The notes below the pieces were generated by a model. That model ran no database searches and was not told the DNA's origin. It worked only from the letters and a program-made list of their open reading frames with translations. A DNA stretch of 64,000 nt from Thiomargarita sp. Lineage in GTDB: Bacteria; Pseudomonadota; Gammaproteobacteria; Beggiatoales; Beggiatoaceae. The stretch lies in contig DYNN01000002.1 in the NCBI GenBank assembly GCA_020721045.1, positions 15,567 to 79,566 on the forward strand, written 5' to 3'. Below, one piece after another: positions 42,181-50,054 of this stretch. Each line of letters begins with the position of its first letter. Position 1 is the first letter of the stretch. Made by a program: the position numbers and the translations under genes.

Positions 42181-42296
42181 AGAAAGTATATCTGATTGCT
42201 AGAAAATAATGGTGACATTGTCAAGGTGTGGAGACTATAATTAGCTATTTTTTGTCAATAATCATATTTTTATTGAAGGCTAACCTTAAGTCAATT
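42181..42296 (+). repeat. ~115-nt copy of the MCP leader placed upstream of the PAS kinase
   Basis: About 90 % identical to 43709-43824. It has AAG (42288-42290) where the MCP gene has its ATG (43816-43818). Confidence 0.75.
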
Positions 42297-42537
42297 AAAT
42301 AAAAACAACTATTGTTTAGCACATTCTGATTACACTCATGCAAATTCAAACAGGTTTATTTTTTAACGAAGAAGATACATTACAAGATGCAACAGCTATT
42401 TTGCAGCAATATTATGAAAAAGATAGCGATATTCCTATTCAACTTTATGAACAATTAGTTCGTGATTATAAAAAATTACTCAAACAAACTAAAATTTTAG
42501 TTAAAATGAGTGATAAACAACAAAATCGTCTTAGTGA
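42291..42537 (+). repeat. 247-nt diverged 5' block of the kinase cassette, copy 2
   Basis: Counterpart of 39359-39605. Confidence 0.8.
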
Positions 42538-43693
42538 TAAAGTGGAAGAAGTTGAACGTGTTAGCGAAAAAAAAGTCAGCCAATTTTTAGAAGCCGTACC
42601 TATCAGCATTCTTGTCATTGATTCTCAAGGCGCAGTTTATTATGCCAATCAACAAGCACAACAAATATTAGGTAAAGATACTACCACAGCCACCTCGCTC
42701 TACCAACTACAAGAAGTCTGTCCCGCTTATCTAGCAGGCACTGATGTACCCTATCCGCATCAACAACATCCAATTATCTGTGCTTTAGCCGGTGAGACGA
42801 TGGTTGCTGTTGATAATATGGAAATTCATCTACACAATCACATTATTCCCATTGAAGTATGGGGCACACCCATTTTTGATGAAAATAATCGAGTCAATTA
42901 TGCAATTGCAGCTTTTCATGATATTACTGAGAGAAAACAAGCTGAAGCTAATAAAATTCGTCTTTTACAAGAACAAGAGATTAAAAACGTTGAATTAATT
43001 AAACTTAATCAGGAAAAAAACGAATTTTTGGGCATTGTTGCGCATGACTTGAAAAATCCATTATCCGCCATTTTAGGTATGGCAGAAATGTTGCAGGAAT
43101 CGGCTGAATTGATAACGATCAAAGAAATCATAGAATGCTCTAACATCGTTCAACGCAGTGCGCAAATGATGTTCCAATTGATTACTAACTTACTAGATGT
43201 AAACTCGATTGAATCTAATGGGATAAATTTACATTTAGAGAAAACTGATCTTTTGCCAATTTTAAGTGATGTTGTAAATAATTATAAAGAACGAGCAAAA
43301 ACAAAGAATATTACCTTGATATTTCAATTGGATACTAATAAATATTTCGCCATTATTGATCAAAATATTATTCAACAAGTTTTAGATAATTTGATTTCTA
43401 ATGCAATTAAGTATTCTCCTTATAATAAACAAGTTCGTATTCGTATTTTTAATACTAACGCTTGTATTCGTTGTGAAATTGAAGATGAAGGTATGGGCTT
43501 AAGTTTGTCAGATCAACAAAAATTATTTGGCAAATTCACTCGATTGACGACAAAACCAACTGGTGGAGAACATTCTACCGGCTTAGGCTTATTTATTGTT
43601 AAAAAATTAGTAAATATGATGCAAGGCAAGGTGTGGTGTGAAAGTGAGTTAGGTAAAGGGGCAAATTTTATCATTGAATTACCTTCTGGCTAA
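42338..43693 (+). CDS. cytoplasmic PAS-domain histidine kinase
   Basis: 451 aa. PAS-like segment at about aa 67-200 (FLEAVPISILVIDSQGAVYYANQQAQQILG ... NYAIAAFHDITERK), followed by HisKA/HATPase. Confidence 0.85.
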   Translation: MQIQTGLFFNEEDTLQDATAILQQYYEKDSDIPIQLYEQLVRDYKKLLKQTKILVKMSDKQQNRLSDKVEEVERVSEKKVSQFLEAVPISILVIDSQGAVYYANQQAQQILGKDTTTATSLYQLQEVCPAYLAGTDVPYPHQQHPIICALAGETMVAVDNMEIHLHNHIIPIEVWGTPIFDENNRVNYAIAAFHDITERKQAEANKIRLLQEQEIKNVELIKLNQEKNEFLGIVAHDLKNPLSAILGMAEMLQESAELITIKEIIECSNIVQRSAQMMFQLITNLLDVNSIESNGINLHLEKTDLLPILSDVVNNYKERAKTKNITLIFQLDTNKYFAIIDQNIIQQVLDNLISNAIKYSPYNKQVRIRIFNTNACIRCEIEDEGMGLSLSDQQKLFGKFTRLTTKPTGGEHSTGLGLFIVKKLVNMMQGKVWCESELGKGANFIIELPSG

Positions 43694-43710
43694 ATAAAAA
43701 CGACGGCGGG
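42941..43710 (+). repeat. 770-nt direct repeat, copy 2
   Basis: By base-by-base reading it is identical to 39607-40376. Confidence 0.85.
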
Positions 43711-43824
43711 AAAGTATGTCTGATTGCTAGAAAATAATGGTGATATTGTCAAGGTGTGGTAGACTATAACCAACTATTTTTGTCAATAATCATCTTTTTA
43801 TTGAAGGCTAACCTTATGTCAATA
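43709..43824 (+). repeat. ~115-nt MCP leader and first codons (the functional copy)
   Basis: Counterpart of 42181-42296. Confidence 0.75.
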
Positions 43825-45480
43825 AAGAAATTATTTTTATTTGCTTTCTCTATATCTATTTTATTATTGCTCATATTAGGCTTTTTAACCTTTAAACTCT
43901 ATCAAAATCAACTTTTGTTAAATGATAGCCAAGAGAATCGCTATCAGTCCTATTTAGCGGCGACAGAATTACGCCAAAGTTCTGATGATTTAACCAAATT
44001 CGCGCGAACTTATGTGGTAACAGCCAATGCCAATTATGAAAAAATCTATTGGGATATATTAGCTATTCGTAATGGTACTAAACCGCGTCCGGAACGATAT
44101 GAACATATTTATTGGGATTTTTTTGCTTATTTAGGTGAAAAACCACGCCCCAATGGTGAAATGATTGCCCTGAAACAAAAAATGCGAAGTTTAGGTTTCA
44201 CCGATGCGGAGTTTGCAAAATTAACTGAAGCTCAGAACAATTCTAATGAACTTGTGAGTATAGAAGCCATTGCTATGAATGCGGTTAAAGGCTTATATCG
44301 AGATCATAACGGAAAATTTACAATAAAAGGGGAAGCTAAACCAGCGTTGGCTCAAGAACTTATGCATAGCAAAGAGTATCATAAACAAAAATATCTCATC
44401 ATGAAACCCATTGATGATTTTTTTGTTTTACTAAGCGAACGTACTCAAAATAGTGTAGTGTATTATCAAAAATTAAATCAAATTTATGTTTGGTCAATTA
44501 TTGCTTTAATTTCATTGATTATTATATTTTCTGCAATTTTTTATTACCGTATTACTCGTCATATCATGGCACAATTGGGTGGTGAGCCTAATGTGGTTAT
44601 CAAGATCATTCATCAGTTGGCGGCTGGTAATTTATCACAGTCATTCGATACCCAAAAAACATTAACCGGTCTTTTTTTAACTGTATATCAGATGCAACAA
44701 CAATGGAAAGAGATAGTGACTGCCATCACCCAAACGGCAGCAGTGCTCAATACAACTGCTCAAGAAATTGCACAAGGAAATATGAATCTGAATCAACGGG
44801 TTGAAGAACAAGCCGCTTCGTTAGAAGAAACTGCAGCTAGCATGAATGAAATGACCAGTATCGTACAGCAAAGTGCGAATAATACGCGATTGGCAATTCA
44901 ATTAGCAGAAAATGCCCAACAACATGCGCATAAAGGCGGTGAAGTGGTTAATGCGATGATCGTTGCTATGGATGAAATTAATCATAGTAGCAAAAAAATT
45001 GCTGATATTATTAGTATAATTGATCAAATTGCGTTTCAAACCAATTTATTAGCACTCAATGCAGCTGTTGAAGCGGCACGTGCTGGTGAACAGGGTAGGG
45101 GGTTTGCTGTAGTTGCAGCAGAGGTACGTAATTTAGCACAACGCAGTGGTATTGCCGCTAAAGAAATTAAGGAGTTAATCCAAGAAAGTGTCGTCAGAGT
45201 CGATGAGGGAACTGTATTGGCAAATACTTCAGGAAAAACATTACAAGAAATCATTGCCTCAGTTAAGCAAGTAGATGATATAATTAGAGAAATTTCTACT
45301 GCCAGTTATCAACAAGCGGCGGGTATTCAACAAGTACATCGCGCAATCACGCATATGGATAGTATGACTCAACAAAATGCTGCTTTAGTAGAACAAACAG
45401 CATCTGCCAGCGAAGTCATGGGGCAACAGGTAGCAAATCTCGCTAATCAAATTGCTTTTTTTAATAATATCCAACACTAA
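43816..45480 (+). CDS. methyl-accepting chemotaxis protein
   Basis: The ATG at 43816 (MSIKKLFLFAF..., TM) is preferred over the upstream GTG at 43756. Helical periplasmic domain, second TM, HAMP, then the highly conserved signalling hairpin (IDQIAFQTNLLALNAAVEAARAGEQGRGFAVVAAEVRNLAQRS). Confidence 0.85.
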   Translation: MSIKKLFLFAFSISILLLLILGFLTFKLYQNQLLLNDSQENRYQSYLAATELRQSSDDLTKFARTYVVTANANYEKIYWDILAIRNGTKPRPERYEHIYWDFFAYLGEKPRPNGEMIALKQKMRSLGFTDAEFAKLTEAQNNSNELVSIEAIAMNAVKGLYRDHNGKFTIKGEAKPALAQELMHSKEYHKQKYLIMKPIDDFFVLLSERTQNSVVYYQKLNQIYVWSIIALISLIIIFSAIFYYRITRHIMAQLGGEPNVVIKIIHQLAAGNLSQSFDTQKTLTGLFLTVYQMQQQWKEIVTAITQTAAVLNTTAQEIAQGNMNLNQRVEEQAASLEETAASMNEMTSIVQQSANNTRLAIQLAENAQQHAHKGGEVVNAMIVAMDEINHSSKKIADIISIIDQIAFQTNLLALNAAVEAARAGEQGRGFAVVAAEVRNLAQRSGIAAKEIKELIQESVVRVDEGTVLANTSGKTLQEIIASVKQVDDIIREISTASYQQAAGIQQVHRAITHMDSMTQQNAALVEQTASASEVMGQQVANLANQIAFFNNIQH

Positions 45481-45488
45481 CATGATGA

Positions 45489-45518
45489 AATGATGCGACT
45501 GACAGTGAGCGCATCATT
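45489..45518. terminator. hairpin between the convergent MCP gene and yidC
   Basis: AATGATGCG (45489-45497) pairs with CGCATCATT (45510-45518): a 9-bp stem with a 12-nt loop. Confidence 0.55.
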
Positions 45519-45523
45519 AATCG

Positions 45524-47203
45524 TTATATGTTACCCGCAATTTTTTTAGTAATGACCCATTGCTGCGCAATTGAGAGTATGTTGTTAACCACCCAATAGA
45601 GTACCAAGCCCGATGGGAAAAACGCAAAAAATACTGTAAATATAAAAGGAAGTATCAACATGACTTTTTGTTGTACTGGATCAATTGGCATTGGATTTAA
45701 TCGATGTTGTAATAACATGGTTGCGCCCATGACCAAAGGTAAAATAAAATAAGGGTCTGGCGTTGATAAATCATTAAGCCATAGTATAAAACTAGCCTGT
45801 CTCAATTCCACACTTTCCAATAGCACCCAATATAATGCAATAAATACGGGGATTTGTACCAAAATTGGTAAGCAACCGCCCAATGGATTCACTTTTTCCT
45901 TTTTGTACATTTCTAACATGGCTTGATTTAAGCGTGCCTTGTCACTGCCAAAACGTTCTTTCAATTGTACTAAACGTGGTTGTAACCGTCGCATATTTGC
46001 CATAGAGCGATAGCTAGTTGCCGATAATTGGAAAAAAGCCAGTTTAATCAAAATAGTTAGAATAACAATAGACCAACCCCAATTTTTTACTAAGTCATGA
46101 ATGGCTTCTAAACCCCAAAATAGAGGTTGTGCAATAAACCATAACCAACCGTAATCGACGGTTAAATCTAATCCGGGCGATAACTCTGCAAGTTTGTCTT
46201 GAACTTTTGGACCAACGTAGAATGAAAAATCAAAGCTTTCTTGGCTATGTGGTGCTACAGTTTGTTCAGGTCCATACATGCCAATGACGTAGCGAGTGCC
46301 ATCGGGGATAAAATTGCTGTAATATTTGAATGCTTTATCTTTATTTGGAATCCAAGCCACCACAAAATAGTGTTGTAACATCGCTGCCCAACCACCTTTC
46401 CAATCTTCACGTTTTTCGTGCTCTAACTTACCGTCTTTAATGTTATCAAAGGTAATTTTTTCATACAAATTGTCAGGGCTGGAAAGAGCTGCACCGGTGT
46501 AAGTGTAGATGAAACTATTACCTGATTTGATGCTAGGTGTACGTTGTAGTTGTCCATATAAATGCCCTTTCCATGCTTGCTCGGCATTATTTTGCACAAT
46601 ATATTTTACATCAATAATGTAACTATCACGATGAAAAGTATAAATTTTATTGATATTTACATGTTCATTTTGCCAAGTCAGCGTCACTGCTAATTCATTG
46701 GCATCTTGCTTCATGCGATAGTCAGTATTCGCAGTTTGATAAATTGCTTGGTGCGTAGGCGCAATTTCTTTAGGCAATAAACCAGATTGGGCAATGAAAA
46801 AATTGGGTAGGGTATCATCCATCAAGTGAAAAGGCTTATCCAATTGGTCAATGGCAATCGGAAATTTAATTAATTCAACATGACGTAAATCGCCACCAAC
46901 AGTATCGATTTCTATTTTAAATACATCGGTTTCTACATGAATTCGGGTATGTGTAGGCACTAAGCGTTGCACTTGAGTCACAGGTAATTCAGGCAATGCA
47001 GACATTGTACTATTGTTTGCTACTTCATCCGTATTAGGTAATAAATCAATCGCCGAAGAAGGTGTTGTGCTAGGTATGTCAGTCACTGCTGTTGGTGTGC
47101 TTGTGATCGATGGTTTGGGCCCATAATCAACTTGCCAAGCTTGATACAACAATAGCAAAATGAAAAACCATCCTACAATGAGAATGAGTCTAAAGTTATC
47201 CAT
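45524..47203 (-). CDS. yidC: membrane protein insertase YidC
   Basis: 559 aa. N-terminal TM, large periplasmic domain, and a C-terminal core (NPLGGCLPILVQIPVFIALYWVL). Conserved position after yidD-rnpA-rpmH. Confidence 0.9.
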   Translation of the reverse strand: MDNFRLILIVGWFFILLLLYQAWQVDYGPKPSITSTPTAVTDIPSTTPSSAIDLLPNTDEVANNSTMSALPELPVTQVQRLVPTHTRIHVETDVFKIEIDTVGGDLRHVELIKFPIAIDQLDKPFHLMDDTLPNFFIAQSGLLPKEIAPTHQAIYQTANTDYRMKQDANELAVTLTWQNEHVNINKIYTFHRDSYIIDVKYIVQNNAEQAWKGHLYGQLQRTPSIKSGNSFIYTYTGAALSSPDNLYEKITFDNIKDGKLEHEKREDWKGGWAAMLQHYFVVAWIPNKDKAFKYYSNFIPDGTRYVIGMYGPEQTVAPHSQESFDFSFYVGPKVQDKLAELSPGLDLTVDYGWLWFIAQPLFWGLEAIHDLVKNWGWSIVILTILIKLAFFQLSATSYRSMANMRRLQPRLVQLKERFGSDKARLNQAMLEMYKKEKVNPLGGCLPILVQIPVFIALYWVLLESVELRQASFILWLNDLSTPDPYFILPLVMGATMLLQHRLNPMPIDPVQQKVMLILPFIFTVFFAFFPSGLVLYWVVNNILSIAQQWVITKKIAGNI

Positions 47204-47206
47204 AAT

Positions 47207-47434
47207 TTATTGATTTTCCTTACGCTCCGGGACAGGATCAATACCGCCCGGATGCCAAGGATGACAGCGGGACAGTCGTTTAATACTGAGAAATAAACCA
47301 CGCCAAACCCCATGTTCAGCAATGGCTATTTGTGCATACTCAGAACAACTTGGATAGAAACGACAATGCGAGCCTAACCACGGACTAACAATGAGTTGAT
47401 AACCACGAATGAGTAAAATTAAGATTTTTTGCAT
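47207..47434 (-). CDS. yidD: membrane protein insertion efficiency factor YidD
   Basis: [27 protein letters not shown] signature. The ATG at 47434 (MQKIL) is preferred over the TTG at 47455. Confidence 0.8.
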   Translation of the reverse strand: MQKILILLIRGYQLIVSPWLGSHCRFYPSCSEYAQIAIAEHGVWRGLFLSIKRLSRCHPWHPGGIDPVPERKENQ

Positions 47435-47793
47435 CGACGTGTCACAAATTGCCAATGCTGAATTAGCGCTTCTCGCAGAGTTTGATTATCTGCCTGTGCT
47501 ATATCATTTTTAATCATGACAATACAATCTAATCCAGCCAATTGATGTTGGTGATGTCGAAAACTTTCGCGTGTGAGCCGCTTAACGCGATTTCGTTTTA
47601 CAGCTTGTTTAATTCGCTTTTTAGCGATAACTAACCCTAACCGAGCGTGAGTTAATCCATTTAATCTGACTAGGAGAGTAAAATATTTATCGCTTGATTT
47701 ATAAGCTTTTTCAAAAACAAATTGATAATCTGCCGGTTTTAGCAAACGTTGATGTCGCTGAAACCGGTAAGATGGCTTGATTGAAGTCATCAA
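47419..47793 (-). CDS. rnpA: ribonuclease P protein component
   Basis: 124 aa, basic, with the [15 protein letters not shown] (RNR) motif. Overlaps the rpmH stop by 4 nt. Confidence 0.85.
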   Translation of the reverse strand: MMTSIKPSYRFQRHQRLLKPADYQFVFEKAYKSSDKYFTLLVRLNGLTHARLGLVIAKKRIKQAVKRNRVKRLTRESFRHHQHQLAGLDCIVMIKNDIAQADNQTLREALIQHWQFVTRRCKKS

Positions 47794-47924
47794 GCACAGA
47801 GTCTGAGCCGACCTTTAGCACGACGTGCTTTGAGTACATCTCTGCCGCCTTTGGTTGCCATACGTGACCGGAAACCGTGACGACGTTTACGTATTAATTT
47901 ACTAGGTTGATAGGTTCTTTTCAT
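47790..47924 (-). CDS. rpmH: 50S ribosomal protein L34
   Basis: [42 protein letters not shown], 44 aa. The ORF-track N-terminal extension to 48020 is rejected. Confidence 0.92.
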   Translation of the reverse strand: MKRTYQPSKLIRKRRHGFRSRMATKGGRDVLKARRAKGRLRLCA

Positions 47925-48224
47925 GAGATCATTACCAAAGCCATGACAAACTTTAAATTTTATTGTTTTATTTAGGTGTTTGTCAAGCAATTTATTAAAA
48001 AACTTTTTTATTTTACCCAAAATAGCAACAACAACAATTAATTAACTCGTTTTTTTAAAGTTGATTCTAAATAAAAAATAATATAATTATCATAGTGTTA
48101 TATTAATAAACAAGCAGTTATTGCCTAACTGGATAAGTAAGTTTATCAAGTATACACTGTTTTGTAATTTACTGAGATAGATAAATAACCGTATTTATTA
48201 TAAATAATTACATTTTAGATATTT

Positions 48225-49574
48225 ATGTCACTCATCAACGGAGGTTTAGTGGTGGCAGCATCGTTGTGGAATCAATGTGTTAAGCATCTTGAAAGGGAAT
48301 TGTCTAGCCAAGACTTCAATATGTGGATTCGTCCGCTACAAGCGATTGAAGCGAGTGGCTGTTTACGTTTGCTTGCGCCTAATCAATTTGTACTTGATTG
48401 GGTTAAACAACATGTTCAATTGCGTATAGAGGAGATATTGCGTCGTTGCCAACCAAAGTCTACCCCCAGTTTAATTTTACAAATTGGTAGCCGACAACAA
48501 TTTACTTCCCAATCTAAGCCGCTCATGACGGCAGTGGGTGGTCATACTGTGACGACACCGATTAATCGACTCAATTCGCAGTTGACATTTTCAACTTTTA
48601 TTTTGGGAAAATCCAATCAACTCGCGCGCGCGGCTGCACTGCAAGTCGCAGAACAGGGTGGATATAATCCTCTGTTTATTTATGGCGGTGTTGGGTTAGG
48701 TAAAACGCATCTGATGCAAGCAATTGGTAACCAAATTATTGCTAAACGTCCTCAGGCGAAAGTTCTATATTTACGTTCTGAACAGTTTGTCAATGAAATG
48801 GTTAAGGCATTGCGTGAAAAGAAAATTAATGAATTTAAGCAATTTTACCGTTCTTTAGATGCTTTACTAATTGACGATATCCAATTTTTTGCGCATAAAA
48901 TACAATCACAAGAAGAATTATTTCATACTTTCAATGTATTACTGGAAGAAAAAAAGCAAATTATCTTAACTGGCGATCGACCACCACAGATTATTGCAGG
49001 TTTGGAAGATCGCTTAAGGTCCCGTTTTAGTTGGGGTTTGACCGTTAATGTGATGCCACCTGATTTTGAAACTCGCGTCGCTATTTTGATGGCAAAAGCG
49101 CAATTTGCCCATGTACATTTACCCGAGGAAGTCAGTCAATTTATTGCAGATCATGTGCATTCAAATGTAAGAGAATTGGAAGGGGCTTTGCATCGTTTGA
49201 TTGCAACTGCGCGTTTTATGCAGCAAACGGTGACTTTAGAAAGTGCGCAGACCACTTTACAAGATTTGTTACATTTTCATTCACAATTAGTTACATTGAA
49301 TGGTATTCAAAAAACAGTCGCTGAATATTTTAAAATTCCCATTGCTGATTTGTCTTCACGTAGACGACATCGTTTAGTCGCACGTCCACGACAAATTGCC
49401 ATGTTTTTGTCTAAGGAATTAACTCAACACAGTTTGCCCGAAATTGGTAAAGCTTTTGGTGGGCGTGATCACACCACAGTGATGTATAGCTGCAAAACAA
49501 TCGCTAAATTAAAGACAGCTGATCATCAAATAAATCAAGACTATACTAATTTGTTGCAATTGCTTTCAGCATAG
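48225..49574 (+). CDS. dnaA: chromosomal replication initiator protein DnaA
   Basis: AAA+ Walker A GGVGLGKTHLMQAIGN, LIDDIQFF, and the C-terminal DNA-binding domain (RPRQIAMFLSKELTQHSLPEIGKAFGGRDHTTVMYSCK). The exact start is uncertain. Confidence 0.9.
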   Translation: MSLINGGLVVAASLWNQCVKHLERELSSQDFNMWIRPLQAIEASGCLRLLAPNQFVLDWVKQHVQLRIEEILRRCQPKSTPSLILQIGSRQQFTSQSKPLMTAVGGHTVTTPINRLNSQLTFSTFILGKSNQLARAAALQVAEQGGYNPLFIYGGVGLGKTHLMQAIGNQIIAKRPQAKVLYLRSEQFVNEMVKALREKKINEFKQFYRSLDALLIDDIQFFAHKIQSQEELFHTFNVLLEEKKQIILTGDRPPQIIAGLEDRLRSRFSWGLTVNVMPPDFETRVAILMAKAQFAHVHLPEEVSQFIADHVHSNVRELEGALHRLIATARFMQQTVTLESAQTTLQDLLHFHSQLVTLNGIQKTVAEYFKIPIADLSSRRRHRLVARPRQIAMFLSKELTQHSLPEIGKAFGGRDHTTVMYSCKTIAKLKTADHQINQDYTNLLQLLSA

Positions 49575-50054
49575 TTTAACCTTGAATATTCGTGAACTAG
49601 TTAATTTGAAAAATATTTTAATTAGCAATTCCATGAAAAACTGGTAAAATTAATTTACTTGCAATGAAAAACAAGTTGTGAAAAAATGCCTCATTCATTA
49701 ATTTATCGCTGTTGCAAGAAATTAAATCAATTTTGCATAGCGATATCTAGTATTACGCAACTTAATTTTTGCTGGGTAATATCAGGAAGTATAATGAATG
49801 ATGTGAATTGATTTACCACATTAAGTCAATAAGATGTTGGCTATACAAGTGCTGATTGTATACGACTGAAATGGTAACATCTATCTCACCCAAACATATA
49901 CCGTAAGTTCGACGGTATCGGTTGTATGACTTTAAAAATCAAGTAGAAAATAAGCTGAACATGTTATTCGTGTGTTTTAGGCAGTTTTTATAATTATAAA
50001 TATGGTTAAGAACTAAATATCTGTGATGATCTACCACAATTAGGAGGAAGATAA

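Noticed and set aside
39300-43830. A transposon or IS element as the vehicle of the kinase-cassette duplication.
   Set aside because: No transposase or integrase ORF, and no terminal inverted repeats at the cassette ends. The flanking duplication is 115 nt, far longer than typical target-site duplications.
47925-48224. oriC between rpmH and dnaA.
   Set aside because: The region is AT-rich, but I found only a 7/9 DnaA-box match and no repeated 13-mer-like units. The evidence is not sufficient to annotate an origin.
49575-50054. A Moco riboswitch, an FNR box or a tRNA-like element in the long region upstream of the molybdoenzyme operon. This includes the hairpin ATACCGT-AAGTTCG-ACGGTAT near 49898-49918.
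   Set aside because: No GC-rich Moco-motif helices and no TTGAT-N4-ATCAA palindrome. The hairpin loop does not fit a T-loop and no acceptor-stem complement exists.
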